Positions 20,361 to 30,809 of a stretch of DNA of 64,000 nucleotides are shown one piece after another. The translations under genes were made by a program, and so were the position numbers. Each line of letters starts with the position of its first letter. Position 1 is the first letter of the stretch. The notes under the pieces were generated by a model. It saw only the letters and a list, made by a program, of their open reading frames with translations. It was not told the origin of the DNA and searched no databases. The DNA lies in NCBI GenBank assembly GCA_963667175.2, contig CAXXXF010000012.1, positions 192,001 to 256,000 of the forward strand, read 5' to 3'. This stretch comes from Candidatus Latescibacterota bacterium (lineage in GTDB: Bacteria; Latescibacterota; UBA2968; GCA-2709665).

Positions 20361-21950
20361 TCAGGCGCGACGCAGTACCCGGCCGTGCCGCTTTCCCGTA
20401 AGGGCGCCGTCCTTCACCGCGAAGCCGCCGTTCACCAGTACGTGGCGCATGCCCGCGGCCGTACGGTTCGGTTCGAACGTGGTCCCGCGCTCGGAAAAAC
20501 CATCCAGATCGAAAACGGCCAGATCCGCGCGCGCTCCTAACCGAATCACGCCCCGGTCGGCGACCCCCAGGCGGGCGGCCGGCAGCGCCGTCAGCCGGCG
20601 CACGGCCTCCTGCGGGCTGAACAGCTTTCGGTCCCGAACGAAATGACGGAAGAACCAGGATGCCCACGTGAAGGCGCCGTGGAACGTATCGTCCTTCAAC
20701 GGCCCATCCGTTGCGAGCGCGGTCGCGTCGGATCCGACCATACAGAACGGGTGTTCGAACGCTGGCCGGACGTCCGCCTCCCGATAGCTGAACGCGATCA
20801 CCATGACTTCGTGCAGGCGGTCGACTGCCGCGTACAGGACGTCGCAGATGGTGTCGAAGGCGTTGCCGTTTCCGGCGGCGGAGAGTTCCGCGATACTCTT
20901 CCCCGCCAGCTCCGGCTGAACGGGTGAATGGAAGATGACGATCCGCCCCCAGTCGCCGCGCGCCAGCGCGGAGACGATACTCCCACAGTCTTCCATCTCC
21001 CGCCGAAGGGATGGATCGCGCAGGCGCCTCGCAACGTCGCCCTCATGTCCCTCCAGCGCCCAGGACGGCAGCGCGGCGCTCAGATTGGTGGTCCCGAAAA
21101 GCCGCGTGTGCATGTCGAACTGCACGTCCAGGCCGCGGTTGCGCGCGCGGTCGACCTGCTCGATGGCCTGTTCGACCGCCCGCCCGCCGTCGTCCTCGAG
21201 CCGCGCGACGCATGAAATATGGGAAATCTGGAGGGGCGCGCCGGCCGTTTCGGCCGTACGGATCGCCTCCGCGACAGTCTCCTCCGCCTCCCCCATCCGG
21301 TTGCGGGTATGGGTTGCGTAGACCCCGCCGTAGCCGGCGGCGACCGCGCACAGGTCGGAGATCTCTTTCTCGGGACAGTCCCGCTCGGGGACGTATTCCA
21401 GACCCGTGGAATACCCCGCTGCGCCCTCCTCCATGCCCTGCGCCAGCATCCGTTTCATTCTGGCGAGTTCATCAGGCGTGGATGGTCGATCCACCGACTC
21501 ACAGACCGCCAGTCTCAGGTTTCCGTTGGGCACCAGCGTTAAGACGTTCAGGGCGGGGCGCCGCGCCTCCAGGACGTCCAGGTATTCGCCGACGGTACGC
21601 CATTGGATCTCGTGCCCGGTCCTGCACCCGTAGATGTTCGCACGAGCGCGCGCCGGGTCGACGATGGGCGCGCAGCCGTGCCCGCAGTTCCCCACCACCT
21701 CGAGCGTCACGCCCTGCGTGACCGAACTCACCGCTCGCGGGTCCACGACCAGGGTGAAATCGGAGTGGCTGTGAATATCGATAAAACCCGGGGATACGTA
21801 ACACCCCGCCGCATCGACGCGGGGTACGCCCTGCGGGCGCCGGAACCGGCCCACGTCGACGATCCGTCCGTCCGCCACGGCCACGTCGCCCGGGACGGGA
21901 GCGGCGCCGGTACCGTCAATGACCGTACCGCCCGAAATCACCAGATCCAT
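20361..21950 (-). CDS. N-acyl-D-amino-acid deacylase (D-aminoacylase)
   Basis: PGFIDIHSHSD, GNCG, STGLEY, HTR, ISH, GSD, ADLAVFD. Confidence 0.92.
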   Translation of the reverse strand: MDLVISGGTVIDGTGAAPVPGDVAVADGRIVDVGRFRRPQGVPRVDAAGCYVSPGFIDIHSHSDFTLVVDPRAVSSVTQGVTLEVVGNCGHGCAPIVDPARARANIYGCRTGHEIQWRTVGEYLDVLEARRPALNVLTLVPNGNLRLAVCESVDRPSTPDELARMKRMLAQGMEEGAAGYSTGLEYVPERDCPEKEISDLCAVAAGYGGVYATHTRNRMGEAEETVAEAIRTAETAGAPLQISHISCVARLEDDGGRAVEQAIEQVDRARNRGLDVQFDMHTRLFGTTNLSAALPSWALEGHEGDVARRLRDPSLRREMEDCGSIVSALARGDWGRIVIFHSPVQPELAGKSIAELSAAGNGNAFDTICDVLYAAVDRLHEVMVIAFSYREADVRPAFEHPFCMVGSDATALATDGPLKDDTFHGAFTWASWFFRHFVRDRKLFSPQEAVRRLTALPAARLGVADRGVIRLGARADLAVFDLDGFSERGTTFEPNRTAAGMRHVLVNGGFAVKDGALTGKRHGRVLRRA

Positions 21951-21996
21951 GATTGCATCACGTCAGTACCCCATCCCGGGACATCGATAGCCCGAT

Positions 21997-22035
21997 AAAA
22001 AAACGGTCTCGCAATGTGTCGCTGTTACGAGACCG
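21997..22035 (-). terminator. Intrinsic terminator after the ankyrin pair
   Basis: CGGTCTCGTAA...TTGCGAGACCG hairpin followed by T7 on the minus strand. Confidence 0.7.
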
Positions 22036-22064
22036 ATTCTCAAGAGCAAGAACCCGCCGGGTAC

Positions 22065-22742
22065 CTACCTTGAACTCCCCACGACACTGTCCACTTCGGC
22101 TTCCAGCAAGAGATCCACGATTTCCGAGTGCCCCTTTTTGTATGCGAGGTCCAGCGCGGTCTTTCGGTCCTGTGAACCGTAGAGCCGACGGTTATATGCA
22201 TGGTAACGGCTGCGGATAGGCTTGTAGATGTGTTCACCGGACCCGCCGCTCTTCGCGCGTACGTCCGCACCGCTTTGGATGAGCGCTTCAACGACGTCTC
22301 GGTGGCCCATCTCCGCGGCGAACATCAGCGCTGTCTTCCCGTCTGTCGGTATCCCGATTAAATCACTGTCGGTTGTTCGCTTCGCCATAAATAGCGACTG
22401 AGGGCCGGAACTGTCGGCATTGACAAACCGTTCCCTGGTATACTCGGAATCGCGCGTATAATCCTCGGCCTCGGCTACATAGACAATCCTCCAGGCCCTG
22501 GCTTCGAGATCCGAACCGGCCTGAATCAGGGCCCGAACCACCTCCAGGTGGCCCTGCCGGGCCGCCAGCGTCAGTGGGGTGTGCCCGCGGCGTGTCGTGA
22601 CGTTTACGTCGATTCCACGACGAAGGGCTCGCCGAACGCCGTCCAAGTCTCCACGCTCCGAAAGTTCAATCAACGAAGGTCCGCAGCCCGTTGCGGCCAA
22701 AAGAATGACCAAGGCCTTCAGACGATCAATTGTTCGAGTCAT
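22065..22742 (-). CDS. Ankyrin-repeat lipoprotein (paralog 2)
   Basis: Lipobox ATGC; GHTPLTLAARQGHLEVV, GKTALMFAAEMGH, KTALDLA. Confidence 0.88.
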   Translation of the reverse strand: MTRTIDRLKALVILLAATGCGPSLIELSERGDLDGVRRALRRGIDVNVTTRRGHTPLTLAARQGHLEVVRALIQAGSDLEARAWRIVYVAEAEDYTRDSEYTRERFVNADSSGPQSLFMAKRTTDSDLIGIPTDGKTALMFAAEMGHRDVVEALIQSGADVRAKSGGSGEHIYKPIRSRYHAYNRRLYGSQDRKTALDLAYKKGHSEIVDLLLEAEVDSVVGSSR

Positions 22743-23571
22743 CGGTCACGTCCTCACGAGGCGATGAATGTTCACGTTTCAGACTCGACGGCGTCATCCC
22801 CGCGCCGGCTTCCAGGAGGCACTCGATTATCTCCTTGTGTCCGTTCCGGTAAGCGAAGTCCAGCGCCGTGCTTCCGCCGATCGACCAGGAAGGTCGCTCC
22901 GGATAGGAATGGACGATATCGTAATAGAGAACGCGGCCGTGCTCGGGCCCGTAGTAAGTGCCGCCATGTTTATCCTCTTCGCGGCCGACGTCTTCGGGCT
23001 GCGCCCCGGTATATCCGGAGATGTACGCATCGTAATCCTTGAACGAAGGCATCCCGGCGGTCACGACTTCACCGCCGCTGGTGGCGAACAGGTCGGCGCC
23101 GCCCTCGACAAGCGCCTCGACCACGTCCTCGTGACCGGCCTCGGCAGCCAGCATCAACGCAGTCTTCCCGTCTCTGAGCACCCATCCGGCCGAGCCGCGC
23201 GTACGCTGCGCCATGAACCTGGACTGAGGGCCGGAACTGTCGGGGTTGACGTACCGTTCCCTGATGAACGCGTAGCCGCCGTGTCGGTCCTGGCTTTCGA
23301 TGGTATGCGCGCCAACGGTCCAGGCCACGGCGTGGACGTCCGCGCCTGCTTGCAGCAGGGAGAGAACGACCTCCAGGTGACCCTCTCTCGACGCCAGCGT
23401 CAACGGGCTGTGGCCCTGCGGCGTCCTTGCGTTTACGTCGCGTCCGCGTTCCAGGGCCCGGTGAACGCCGTTGACGTCTCCGCGCCGCGACAGTTCCGTC
23501 AGCGGGGCGCCGCAGGACGCGAATCCCAACGACAGCAGAACCAGTACGAATTGATTGATTTTTCTGGACAT
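22726..23571 (-). CDS. Ankyrin-repeat lipoprotein (paralog 1)
   Basis: Lipobox FASC; GHSPLTLASREGHLEVV, GKTALMLAAEAGH, GSTALDFA. Confidence 0.88.
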   Translation of the reverse strand: MSRKINQFVLVLLSLGFASCGAPLTELSRRGDVNGVHRALERGRDVNARTPQGHSPLTLASREGHLEVVLSLLQAGADVHAVAWTVGAHTIESQDRHGGYAFIRERYVNPDSSGPQSRFMAQRTRGSAGWVLRDGKTALMLAAEAGHEDVVEALVEGGADLFATSGGEVVTAGMPSFKDYDAYISGYTGAQPEDVGREEDKHGGTYYGPEHGRVLYYDIVHSYPERPSWSIGGSTALDFAYRNGHKEIIECLLEAGAGMTPSSLKREHSSPREDVTDDSNN

Positions 23572-23645
23572 AGGTCGCCTCTTAAATGAATCCTATTCAA
23601 CTACCTTCAGCCCCGATTCAAATATACCGCCATTCAACGTTCGAG

Positions 23646-25400
23646 TCAACCCTCGCCGTGGCTGCGGGACGGGGTTCCGGGCGCCGACATCCGCCGCCGC
23701 GTATTCCCGGTTTCCGTCTCGTTGACCGACAGGGTCCCGCGATCCATCACCACGCCGTACAGTTCCCGCGCCTGGCTCACCGAAACTCTTCCGTTCTTTA
23801 CGTCGCGCGCGACCGCCCCTGGGTCCCGCTCCATCGGATTTCCCCATCCCCCGCCGCCCGCCTGCCGGTGGTAGATCCGCTCTCCGGCCCCCATCGTCGT
23901 CGAAATCATCGTCGGCAACTCCTCGCCGCCGTCGCTTCCGTAAAGCACGTTGGTCGATCCCGTCGCCGGTTTTCCGCCGTACAGGCCATACGGCAGGTGG
24001 TCTCTTCGATCGGACCGGATTGCCAGGTGCGCTTCTCCCGAAAGCAGGGTCCACTCCCGCTCGATCGCCATTCCGCCCCGAAAACGTCCGGCGCCCCCGC
24101 TGTCGCAAACCAGTCCGTACCGGTCGATTCTCACCGGGTATTCACACTCCGCCTGTTCAACGGGAATATTGCTGGCCACGTTCGCCGGATTGCACAGCCC
24201 GTCGTTTCCGTCCCGGTCCGGCCGCGCGCCCCAGGTCCCGGAGAGCAGTTCATAGTAAACATAGTGCGACCGGTCCTGCCGCTGGCCGCCGATGATGACC
24301 AGCGAATTGCCCCCCTCGCCGGCGGCCGGCACGCGGTCGGGCAGCAGCCCGGACAGAGCGCCGAACACCACGTCCGCCATCCGGAAGCCCGTCACGCCGC
24401 GCATCGACGACGCGCCCGGCATGCGCACGTTCACCAGCGTGCCCTCGGGCGCGATGACCTCCAGCGGACGGAACATCCCTTCCGTATTCGGAATCTCCTC
24501 CCGCATTACGGCGCGCACGCAAAGGGCCACGACGGCCGCGGTAAACGAGAGCGTACTGTTGACAGCGCCCCGAACCTGCGGGTCCGTCCCCGTGAAATCG
24601 GCGGTGAGCGAGTCTCCCCGCACGGTCACGGTCACGCGGATCCGCACCCGGGGGCCGCCCACTCCGTCGCTGTCCAGGAAATCGGTAAAGGTATGGGATC
24701 CATCGGGCCAGGACGCAATCTCCGACCGTACCAGGCGTTCCGTATAGTCGATCAGATCCTGCGCGCACGCCAGAAACGTCCCGGATCCGTACCGCTCGAT
24801 CAGCGCTTGCACTGCCCGTTCCCCCATATGGCAGGCCGCCAGCTGCGCCCTGATGTCCCCAATCGTCATCTGGGGCACCCGCACGTTCGCCCGGATCAAT
24901 GAAAATATGGACTCGTCGGGCTCACCCTGGCGATAGAGCTTCAGCCACGGAATGCGAAACCCTTCCTGAAAGATCTCCGTGTTGTCGCACGCGGAACTGC
25001 CGGGCAGGCGCCCTCCGAGGTCCAGGTGGTGCGCCGTACTCACCGCAAACGCCACCCGCTCACCGTTCCAGAAGATCGGTTGTACGATAAAGACGTCCGG
25101 AATGTGCATCCCGCCGTCGAACGGATCGTTCAGGATAAACACGTCGCCGGGGTCGATGTTATCCTCGAACCGCTCGAGCAGCGCATTCAGAGCATACGGG
25201 ACCGATCCCAGATGCAGTGGTATGGTCACGCCCTGCGCGATCATCTGACCATCCGCGTTGCACAGCGACGTGGAGTAGTCCAGGCAGTCGCGCACGATGG
25301 TGGAATAGGCCGTGCGATACAGCGCGGCGCTCATTTCGTCGGCGGCCGCAGCCAGTGCATTCTGCATGATCTCACGCGTGATTGGGTCTATTTCCGTCAT
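23646..25400 (-). CDS. hyuB: Hydantoinase B/oxoprolinase family protein
   Basis: NDPFDGGMHIPD, HHLDLGG, IFQEG, DSGGAGRFRGG, GGGGWGNP. Confidence 0.9.
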   Translation of the reverse strand: MTEIDPITREIMQNALAAAADEMSAALYRTAYSTIVRDCLDYSTSLCNADGQMIAQGVTIPLHLGSVPYALNALLERFEDNIDPGDVFILNDPFDGGMHIPDVFIVQPIFWNGERVAFAVSTAHHLDLGGRLPGSSACDNTEIFQEGFRIPWLKLYRQGEPDESIFSLIRANVRVPQMTIGDIRAQLAACHMGERAVQALIERYGSGTFLACAQDLIDYTERLVRSEIASWPDGSHTFTDFLDSDGVGGPRVRIRVTVTVRGDSLTADFTGTDPQVRGAVNSTLSFTAAVVALCVRAVMREEIPNTEGMFRPLEVIAPEGTLVNVRMPGASSMRGVTGFRMADVVFGALSGLLPDRVPAAGEGGNSLVIIGGQRQDRSHYVYYELLSGTWGARPDRDGNDGLCNPANVASNIPVEQAECEYPVRIDRYGLVCDSGGAGRFRGGMAIEREWTLLSGEAHLAIRSDRRDHLPYGLYGGKPATGSTNVLYGSDGGEELPTMISTTMGAGERIYHRQAGGGGWGNPMERDPGAVARDVKNGRVSVSQARELYGVVMDRGTLSVNETETGNTRRRMSAPGTPSRSHGEG

Positions 25401-25432
25401 CGTGCCATCGACCTTCCAGGCCGCGCCGCGGC

Positions 25433-27532
25433 TTATCCCCGCGCCCCGGCGGCTTCCAGAATCAAGTAATCCTGCCGATTCCGATACGCCCGCATTTCCG
25501 GCGGCACCACGATTGTGGAGTCGTATTCATCGATCAGGAGGGGCCCGACCCGCGGCGCAGTCAGATCCGCTCGTTCGATCACGGGCGTTTCCACGGTTCC
25601 CCACGCCTTTCCGTAATACGCCCGACGTGCTGAGGTGCCCGGCCCGCTGCGCCGCAGGGCGCGCATTCGGCCACTTGCGTCGCGGCGGGCGGTTCTGCCG
25701 ATCAGACGAACGGCAACCACCTCGACCGGATTGTCCGGGTCCGACGAATGTCCGTACATCTGCCGATGGGCGCGTTCAAACGCTCCGCGCAGACGACCTA
25801 TAGCTGCGTCCGTCGCCGGGGATTCCGGCGCCGGAATCCGGATTTCCGAAGCCTGGCCCCTGAAGCGCACGTCGACACTGTGTCCAAGCGCCACCTGCTC
25901 AGCGGAATACCCCTCCGCCCGGAACCGGGCAAGCATCTTTCGTTTCAGGTCCGACTGGATTTCGCCCAACGCTTCCGCGTTCAGTGCGTCGCCCGAAAGC
26001 AAACAGCTGTAAACTTCGTGATGTTCCACGCCGGAGAGCAGAAGTCCCAGCGCGCTGAACAACCCGGGCAACGGAGGGACAATGACTTTGGGGCTCAGAA
26101 GTTCACTGGCCAGCCCGGCTGCGTGAATCGGACCGGACCCGCCGAAGGCGATCAGGGCGAACGCCCTGGGATCACGGCCCCGCTCCGTGGACACGGACCG
26201 AAGCGCCCGCATACACCGGGCATTGGCAATCCTGTGTATGCCCTCGGCCGCTTCGAGCAGGCCCAGGCCCAGTGGAGCCGCGATCCGATCGTGAACGATC
26301 CTTCTCGCGTTCTCGGGGTCGATGGAGACTTCTCCGTCTGCCAGTTCCCCAGGCCGTATATACCCCAACACGACGTTGGCGTCGGTAACGGTGGGCTCGT
26401 CTCCGCCCCGGCCGTAACAGACGGGGCCCGGTTCGGCGCCCGCACTTCTGGGTCCGACCCGCAATCCGCCCGCTCCATCCAGCCAGGCCACGCTGCCACC
26501 ACCGGATCCCACCTCCGCGATATCGATGCTGGGCGCGCGGATCAGCTCCCCTCCTCCGCCCACCAACCTGTTTCCCGCCGACACGGATGCGCCGACTTCG
26601 TATTCCGGGCTGTAGGAAATCTCGCCATTCTCGATGATGGACGCCTTGGCAGTGGTGCCTCCCATATCGAACGTGATGAGGTCGTCGATTTCCAGTTGCT
26701 CGCCGGCGGAACGGGCGGCGAAAACCCCGGCCGCGGGTCCCGACTCGAGCACGTACACCGGACGGTGCGCCGCGTCGGCTTCAGGCGTCAGTCCCCCGGC
26801 GGACTGCATGATCAGCACCGGCGTCAGAATGCCCTGCTCACTCAGCCCATCCCGCATCGCCGTGAGATAACGCTGCATCACCGGACGCACGTACGCATTC
26901 AGCACCGTGGTTGCCGTACGTTCGTACTCCCGCCGCTCCGGCAGAATCTCCGTGGAGAGAGACACCGGTACGCCGGGACACGCGCCTTCTAGACACCGGC
27001 CAATGGCGTGTTCATGCTCGGGATACGCGTACGAGTGAAGCGTGCAGACCGCAATCGACTCCACCCGTTCCTTCTCCAGCGCTGAGATGACGGCCTTGAG
27101 GTCCGCCTCGTCCAGGGGCGCCAGAACGTCACCATTCGCGGCAAAGCGTTCGGTCACCTCGAACCTGAGATACCGGGCCACCAGCGGTTCAGGCTTGTCG
27201 AAGAACAGATCGTACATCTGCGGCGCCCTGATGCGCCTCAGTTCCAGAACGTCCCGGAATCCGCGCGTGGTGATCAGCGCGGTCCTGGCGCCCCGCCGCT
27301 CCAGGACCGCATTCGTCGCCACGGTGGTCCCGTGGGAGACGTCACCGATCTCTCCGCCCGGGATGCCGGAATCTCCCAGCAGGCGGGCGATGGCGTCCAG
27401 TACGGCCTGCTCGAAGTCCGGCGGCGTCGAGGGGATCTTGTGGGTCCATAGATTCCCCTCGCCGTCCATGAGGATGACGTCCGTGAAGGTTCCGCCAACG
27501 TCAGCGCCGATTCGATATGAAGTCCGATTCAT
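25433..27532 (-). CDS. hyuA: Hydantoinase A/oxoprolinase family protein
   Basis: DVGGTFTD, HGTTVATN, ESGPAAG, DMGGTT, SAGAEPGPVCYGRGG, FGGSGPIH. Confidence 0.92.
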   Translation of the reverse strand: MNRTSYRIGADVGGTFTDVILMDGEGNLWTHKIPSTPPDFEQAVLDAIARLLGDSGIPGGEIGDVSHGTTVATNAVLERRGARTALITTRGFRDVLELRRIRAPQMYDLFFDKPEPLVARYLRFEVTERFAANGDVLAPLDEADLKAVISALEKERVESIAVCTLHSYAYPEHEHAIGRCLEGACPGVPVSLSTEILPERREYERTATTVLNAYVRPVMQRYLTAMRDGLSEQGILTPVLIMQSAGGLTPEADAAHRPVYVLESGPAAGVFAARSAGEQLEIDDLITFDMGGTTAKASIIENGEISYSPEYEVGASVSAGNRLVGGGGELIRAPSIDIAEVGSGGGSVAWLDGAGGLRVGPRSAGAEPGPVCYGRGGDEPTVTDANVVLGYIRPGELADGEVSIDPENARRIVHDRIAAPLGLGLLEAAEGIHRIANARCMRALRSVSTERGRDPRAFALIAFGGSGPIHAAGLASELLSPKVIVPPLPGLFSALGLLLSGVEHHEVYSCLLSGDALNAEALGEIQSDLKRKMLARFRAEGYSAEQVALGHSVDVRFRGQASEIRIPAPESPATDAAIGRLRGAFERAHRQMYGHSSDPDNPVEVVAVRLIGRTARRDASGRMRALRRSGPGTSARRAYYGKAWGTVETPVIERADLTAPRVGPLLIDEYDSTIVVPPEMRAYRNRQDYLILEAAGARG

Positions 27533-29196
27533 TGGGAAATGACCGGGAGACGCAGAAAGGAGGCATATTGGCCGCTGTGATGGATCGTCTGAAGGGCGAC
27601 TCTCATTTCGTCGTCCAGGCCGGGGATATTGCCGGTGTTGAGATTCCGGTCGAAACGGGGAAAGTTGCTGCTGGAGACCTCCAGCCTGATCCGATGGCCG
27701 GCCCTGAACAAATTGCTCGTCTCCCAGAGTACGATCCGGTATTCCACCACCGCCCCCGGACGGATCAGACTCGGCCTGCGAAAGGATTCTCGGTAACGGG
27801 CCCGCACGATGCCCTCCGTAACGTGGATCGCCGCGCCATCGGGATACACGTCGACCAGGGTGGCCGTAAAGTCCGTATCGCGCGCATCCGATGCGGCGAA
27901 CAGGGTGAGTTCCACGGGGCCGGTCACCTCCACGTCCGACGTCAGGGCTTCCGTTGTGTAAAACAGCACGTCCTCGCGGGTTTCCAAGCCTCGCCGGTCC
28001 CGGGGACCCGTGTTGGCGGGGAACAAGCTCTGCCCGCCCACGGTGGTCACCGGATCCTCCGGATCGTAGTCGAACCGGTCCGCGGGCTCGTCCCCCGGCG
28101 CTTCACGGCTGAGCGTTCCATCGCCGAGCGAAGTATTGGCGCGGCCGCCGCTGTGGAGATAGTATGCCGTGTATTTCGTTCGCGCCAGCGGCCACTCGTT
28201 TTCCCACCGCCAGGAATTCCGGCCCATCACGAAAATCCTGACGGGCGGCTCCTCGTCGATCCCCGTATCGATTCCGCGCAGCCGCTGGTCGTACCAGCGC
28301 AGGTGTTCGCCGGGAATATCCACCGCGGCACTCGATCCGAAATCGATATCCCCGTACGGCGCCGCGCTCCCGATCTGCGAGTGTGTCCACGGGCCGACCA
28401 ACAGGCGGGTCAACGATCGGGTCCGGGCGTCTGCCGGCTCCGTTCGCCAGCCGCGAAAACACTTGAAGCTCTCGTGGACGAGATTGTCGTACCAGCCCGT
28501 GACGAAATAGGCCGGCGTATTCACTTCCCGGTACCGGCCTTTCATGCTGATTGACGACCAGAATTCGTCGAATTCGCCGTGCCGGACCACCTCTCTGAAA
28601 AAAGGCCGTTCCGCGATGCCGTCCATTGCGGAGATCAGCGGCAGCCGGCGGTAGATGCGTTCCCAGTCCAGCAGGTCCCGCGGCGCGTTCTGGTTGGTCC
28701 GTCCTCCGAGCCAGATCCAGTTCATCGCATTCTGCAGCTGAAGGAGACCATTGTAGCGCAGGTGCCCGTAGTTGTCCTCCTGGTTTGCGATGGGCATCAG
28801 CCCCTTTACGAAGGGGCTCCGGAACGGGGCCGGTAGAATCTGGGTGAAGCCCGGATAGGAAATCCCGAACATCCCGATATTGCCGTCGCACCATGCCTGC
28901 GCCCCGATCCATTGTTGCGTGTCGTAGCCGTCGCGAGCTTCGTCCGCATAGGCCCGCCACTCCCCTTCCGATTCGTACCGCCCCCTGCTGTCCACCATGA
29001 CCACCGCGTAGCCGGACCTCGCGAACCGGACCGCCCAGTCCACGTATCTGGGATGCTCGGTACTGTAGGGCGACCGGATCAGCAGAACGGGAAAGCGCAC
29101 GCCGTGCGCGGGCCGATATGCCGCGCCGTAGAGCGTCACCCCGTCTCTCATCGGGATGCTCAGGTCCAGTTGAATTCGCACACCCGCATCAGACAT
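27529..29196 (-). CDS. CocE/NonD family serine hydrolase
   Basis: IPMRDGV, RSPY, GISYPG nucleophile, GWYD, GPWTH, SSSNFPRFDRN. Confidence 0.93.
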   Translation of the reverse strand: MSDAGVRIQLDLSIPMRDGVTLYGAAYRPAHGVRFPVLLIRSPYSTEHPRYVDWAVRFARSGYAVVMVDSRGRYESEGEWRAYADEARDGYDTQQWIGAQAWCDGNIGMFGISYPGFTQILPAPFRSPFVKGLMPIANQEDNYGHLRYNGLLQLQNAMNWIWLGGRTNQNAPRDLLDWERIYRRLPLISAMDGIAERPFFREVVRHGEFDEFWSSISMKGRYREVNTPAYFVTGWYDNLVHESFKCFRGWRTEPADARTRSLTRLLVGPWTHSQIGSAAPYGDIDFGSSAAVDIPGEHLRWYDQRLRGIDTGIDEEPPVRIFVMGRNSWRWENEWPLARTKYTAYYLHSGGRANTSLGDGTLSREAPGDEPADRFDYDPEDPVTTVGGQSLFPANTGPRDRRGLETREDVLFYTTEALTSDVEVTGPVELTLFAASDARDTDFTATLVDVYPDGAAIHVTEGIVRARYRESFRRPSLIRPGAVVEYRIVLWETSNLFRAGHRIRLEVSSSNFPRFDRNLNTGNIPGLDDEMRVALQTIHHSGQYASFLRLPVISQ

Positions 29197-29256
29197 TGGC
29201 TGTACCCCGTTCGAAGCGTTACCATGTGTTGCCGTGAGAAACCGGATCGGTCCCCG

Positions 29257-30627
29257 TTACGTCGCCAATCTGTCCAGAACGTTGCGGGTAATCCCGGCCA
29301 CCACGCTCTCATCGCGGTACAACCCATGAGCCCATTCGATGGTGGCGGCGTTGAAGACCGTGCCCTCGAACTCCGTTTCATTGATGGCCACCGTGCCGTA
29401 GCACGGCGCAACGCCCTCTTTCCCCCCTTCCTTCGCCAGACGGTGACCGTCGGGGGTCATGCAATCCGCAAGCGCCACGATCCTGTACTCCGGCGATACC
29501 CCGTCGGCGCCCGTGTACACGGGCCGGCCGTCATTGAATTTCAGGTCCGCCGCGTCCGCCTCCACGCCGACGATCGAGTCCTCCCGTCCGAATTCGTCCC
29601 CTTCGGCCAACCCCGTCCCCTCATACACCCAGTGTTCCGGGTCGCACACGCGGTAGTACCCCCAGTCCTCGGTCGTGGGCGCCAGGAAAACGTTCGGATC
29701 TGACGTCTTCGTGTGGACAAACGACGTGTAGAACACGCCGATCGTGCGCTGGCGAAGGTCGTCCAGAAAGCAGAGAAACGACGTTTCCGGACGCTCGGGC
29801 GTGGGATGATCGTGATAGTAGGGCTTTGCGCAATAAATCTGCCTGCCGTGGTTTCTCAACTCGATTTCCTGGCAGAAACAGTTCCCGCCGAACAGGATGA
29901 GATTGCCTCCATTCCGAACGAAACGCTGTAACTGTTCGCACTCGTTTCTGCTGTTGTATTCGTCGTGACAGAAGCGCACGTTCGCCCGGTAGTCTTTCAG
30001 TATATCGGGTTCCGCGTCGTGGTCGCCGTTCACACAATAATCGGCGCCGTACCCCTCCGCATCCAGCCACGAGGTGAAAAACTGGTCCCAGATGTAGAAG
30101 TTGCCCAGGCATTCCATCTGAAGGGGGCGTTCGAAACTCAGCAGCTTGGCGTGCTGCCGGTCGGTTGATATATAATCGTAAAAGCACTTGCCGCCCACGT
30201 TGTTGTAGGCCTGGTAGGTATTGGTCGCAACCGTCAGCAACATCGGAGATTCCGGTGACCTGGGGCGTACCACGAAGAAAATCTCGCGCAGCCCCTGTCC
30301 GGTCGGGAAGGTCGCAATATAGATTCCGCTCTTCCAGGTGTCCGGAATGACGAAGGACGCCGCCGGCGCCCACCCGTAGCCATCCCGGTAGCCCTGTTCC
30401 GGAACCTCCTGAAGCGCGCCCCGCAGCCCCTCTATAGTCTTGACCAGTTCCCGTTTGGCGCCTTCCCGGAAGATGAATATCTCGTAGTACGACCGTGAGT
30501 TCGAAACGTGAAACGTGATTTCCTCGCCCGGCCTCACGCTCTGCAGGTCGGCGTAGCCGCCTTCCATCAACTTCCAGTTGATCGTTGCGTCCCACTCATG
30601 ATGCGCCCAGATGTGTTCTCTCTTCAT
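29257..30627 (-). CDS. N,N-dimethylformamidase large-subunit-like protein
   Basis: WKSGIY, NTYQAYN..GGK, SFERP, HDEY, GGN..FGGN, HWVYEGTGL..GD.FG, GVEAD, VFNAATIEW, ITRNVL. Confidence 0.78.
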   Translation of the reverse strand: MKREHIWAHHEWDATINWKLMEGGYADLQSVRPGEEITFHVSNSRSYYEIFIFREGAKRELVKTIEGLRGALQEVPEQGYRDGYGWAPAASFVIPDTWKSGIYIATFPTGQGLREIFFVVRPRSPESPMLLTVATNTYQAYNNVGGKCFYDYISTDRQHAKLLSFERPLQMECLGNFYIWDQFFTSWLDAEGYGADYCVNGDHDAEPDILKDYRANVRFCHDEYNSRNECEQLQRFVRNGGNLILFGGNCFCQEIELRNHGRQIYCAKPYYHDHPTPERPETSFLCFLDDLRQRTIGVFYTSFVHTKTSDPNVFLAPTTEDWGYYRVCDPEHWVYEGTGLAEGDEFGREDSIVGVEADAADLKFNDGRPVYTGADGVSPEYRIVALADCMTPDGHRLAKEGGKEGVAPCYGTVAINETEFEGTVFNAATIEWAHGLYRDESVVAGITRNVLDRLAT

Positions 30628-30729
30628 CCCGAATGCCGCCTTCCTCTGTTAAGTTGACCTTCCGAAAACCCATGCCGCCCGTACACGCCGGATCGGTGGC
30701 GCCGAAACCCCCCGGGCCGCGGGTTGTCC

Positions 30730-30758
30730 TTGACACCGGCGTTCAATCCTCGCAATAT
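30730..30758 (+). promoter_or_regulatory. Sigma-70-like promoter
   Basis: TTGACA-17 bp-CAATAT upstream of the isochorismatase gene. Confidence 0.45.
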
Positions 30759-30809
30759 TCCCCCTGGAAAGATGGTTCGAAATCTTCGCTCCGAAACGAA
30801 AGGTCCGCC

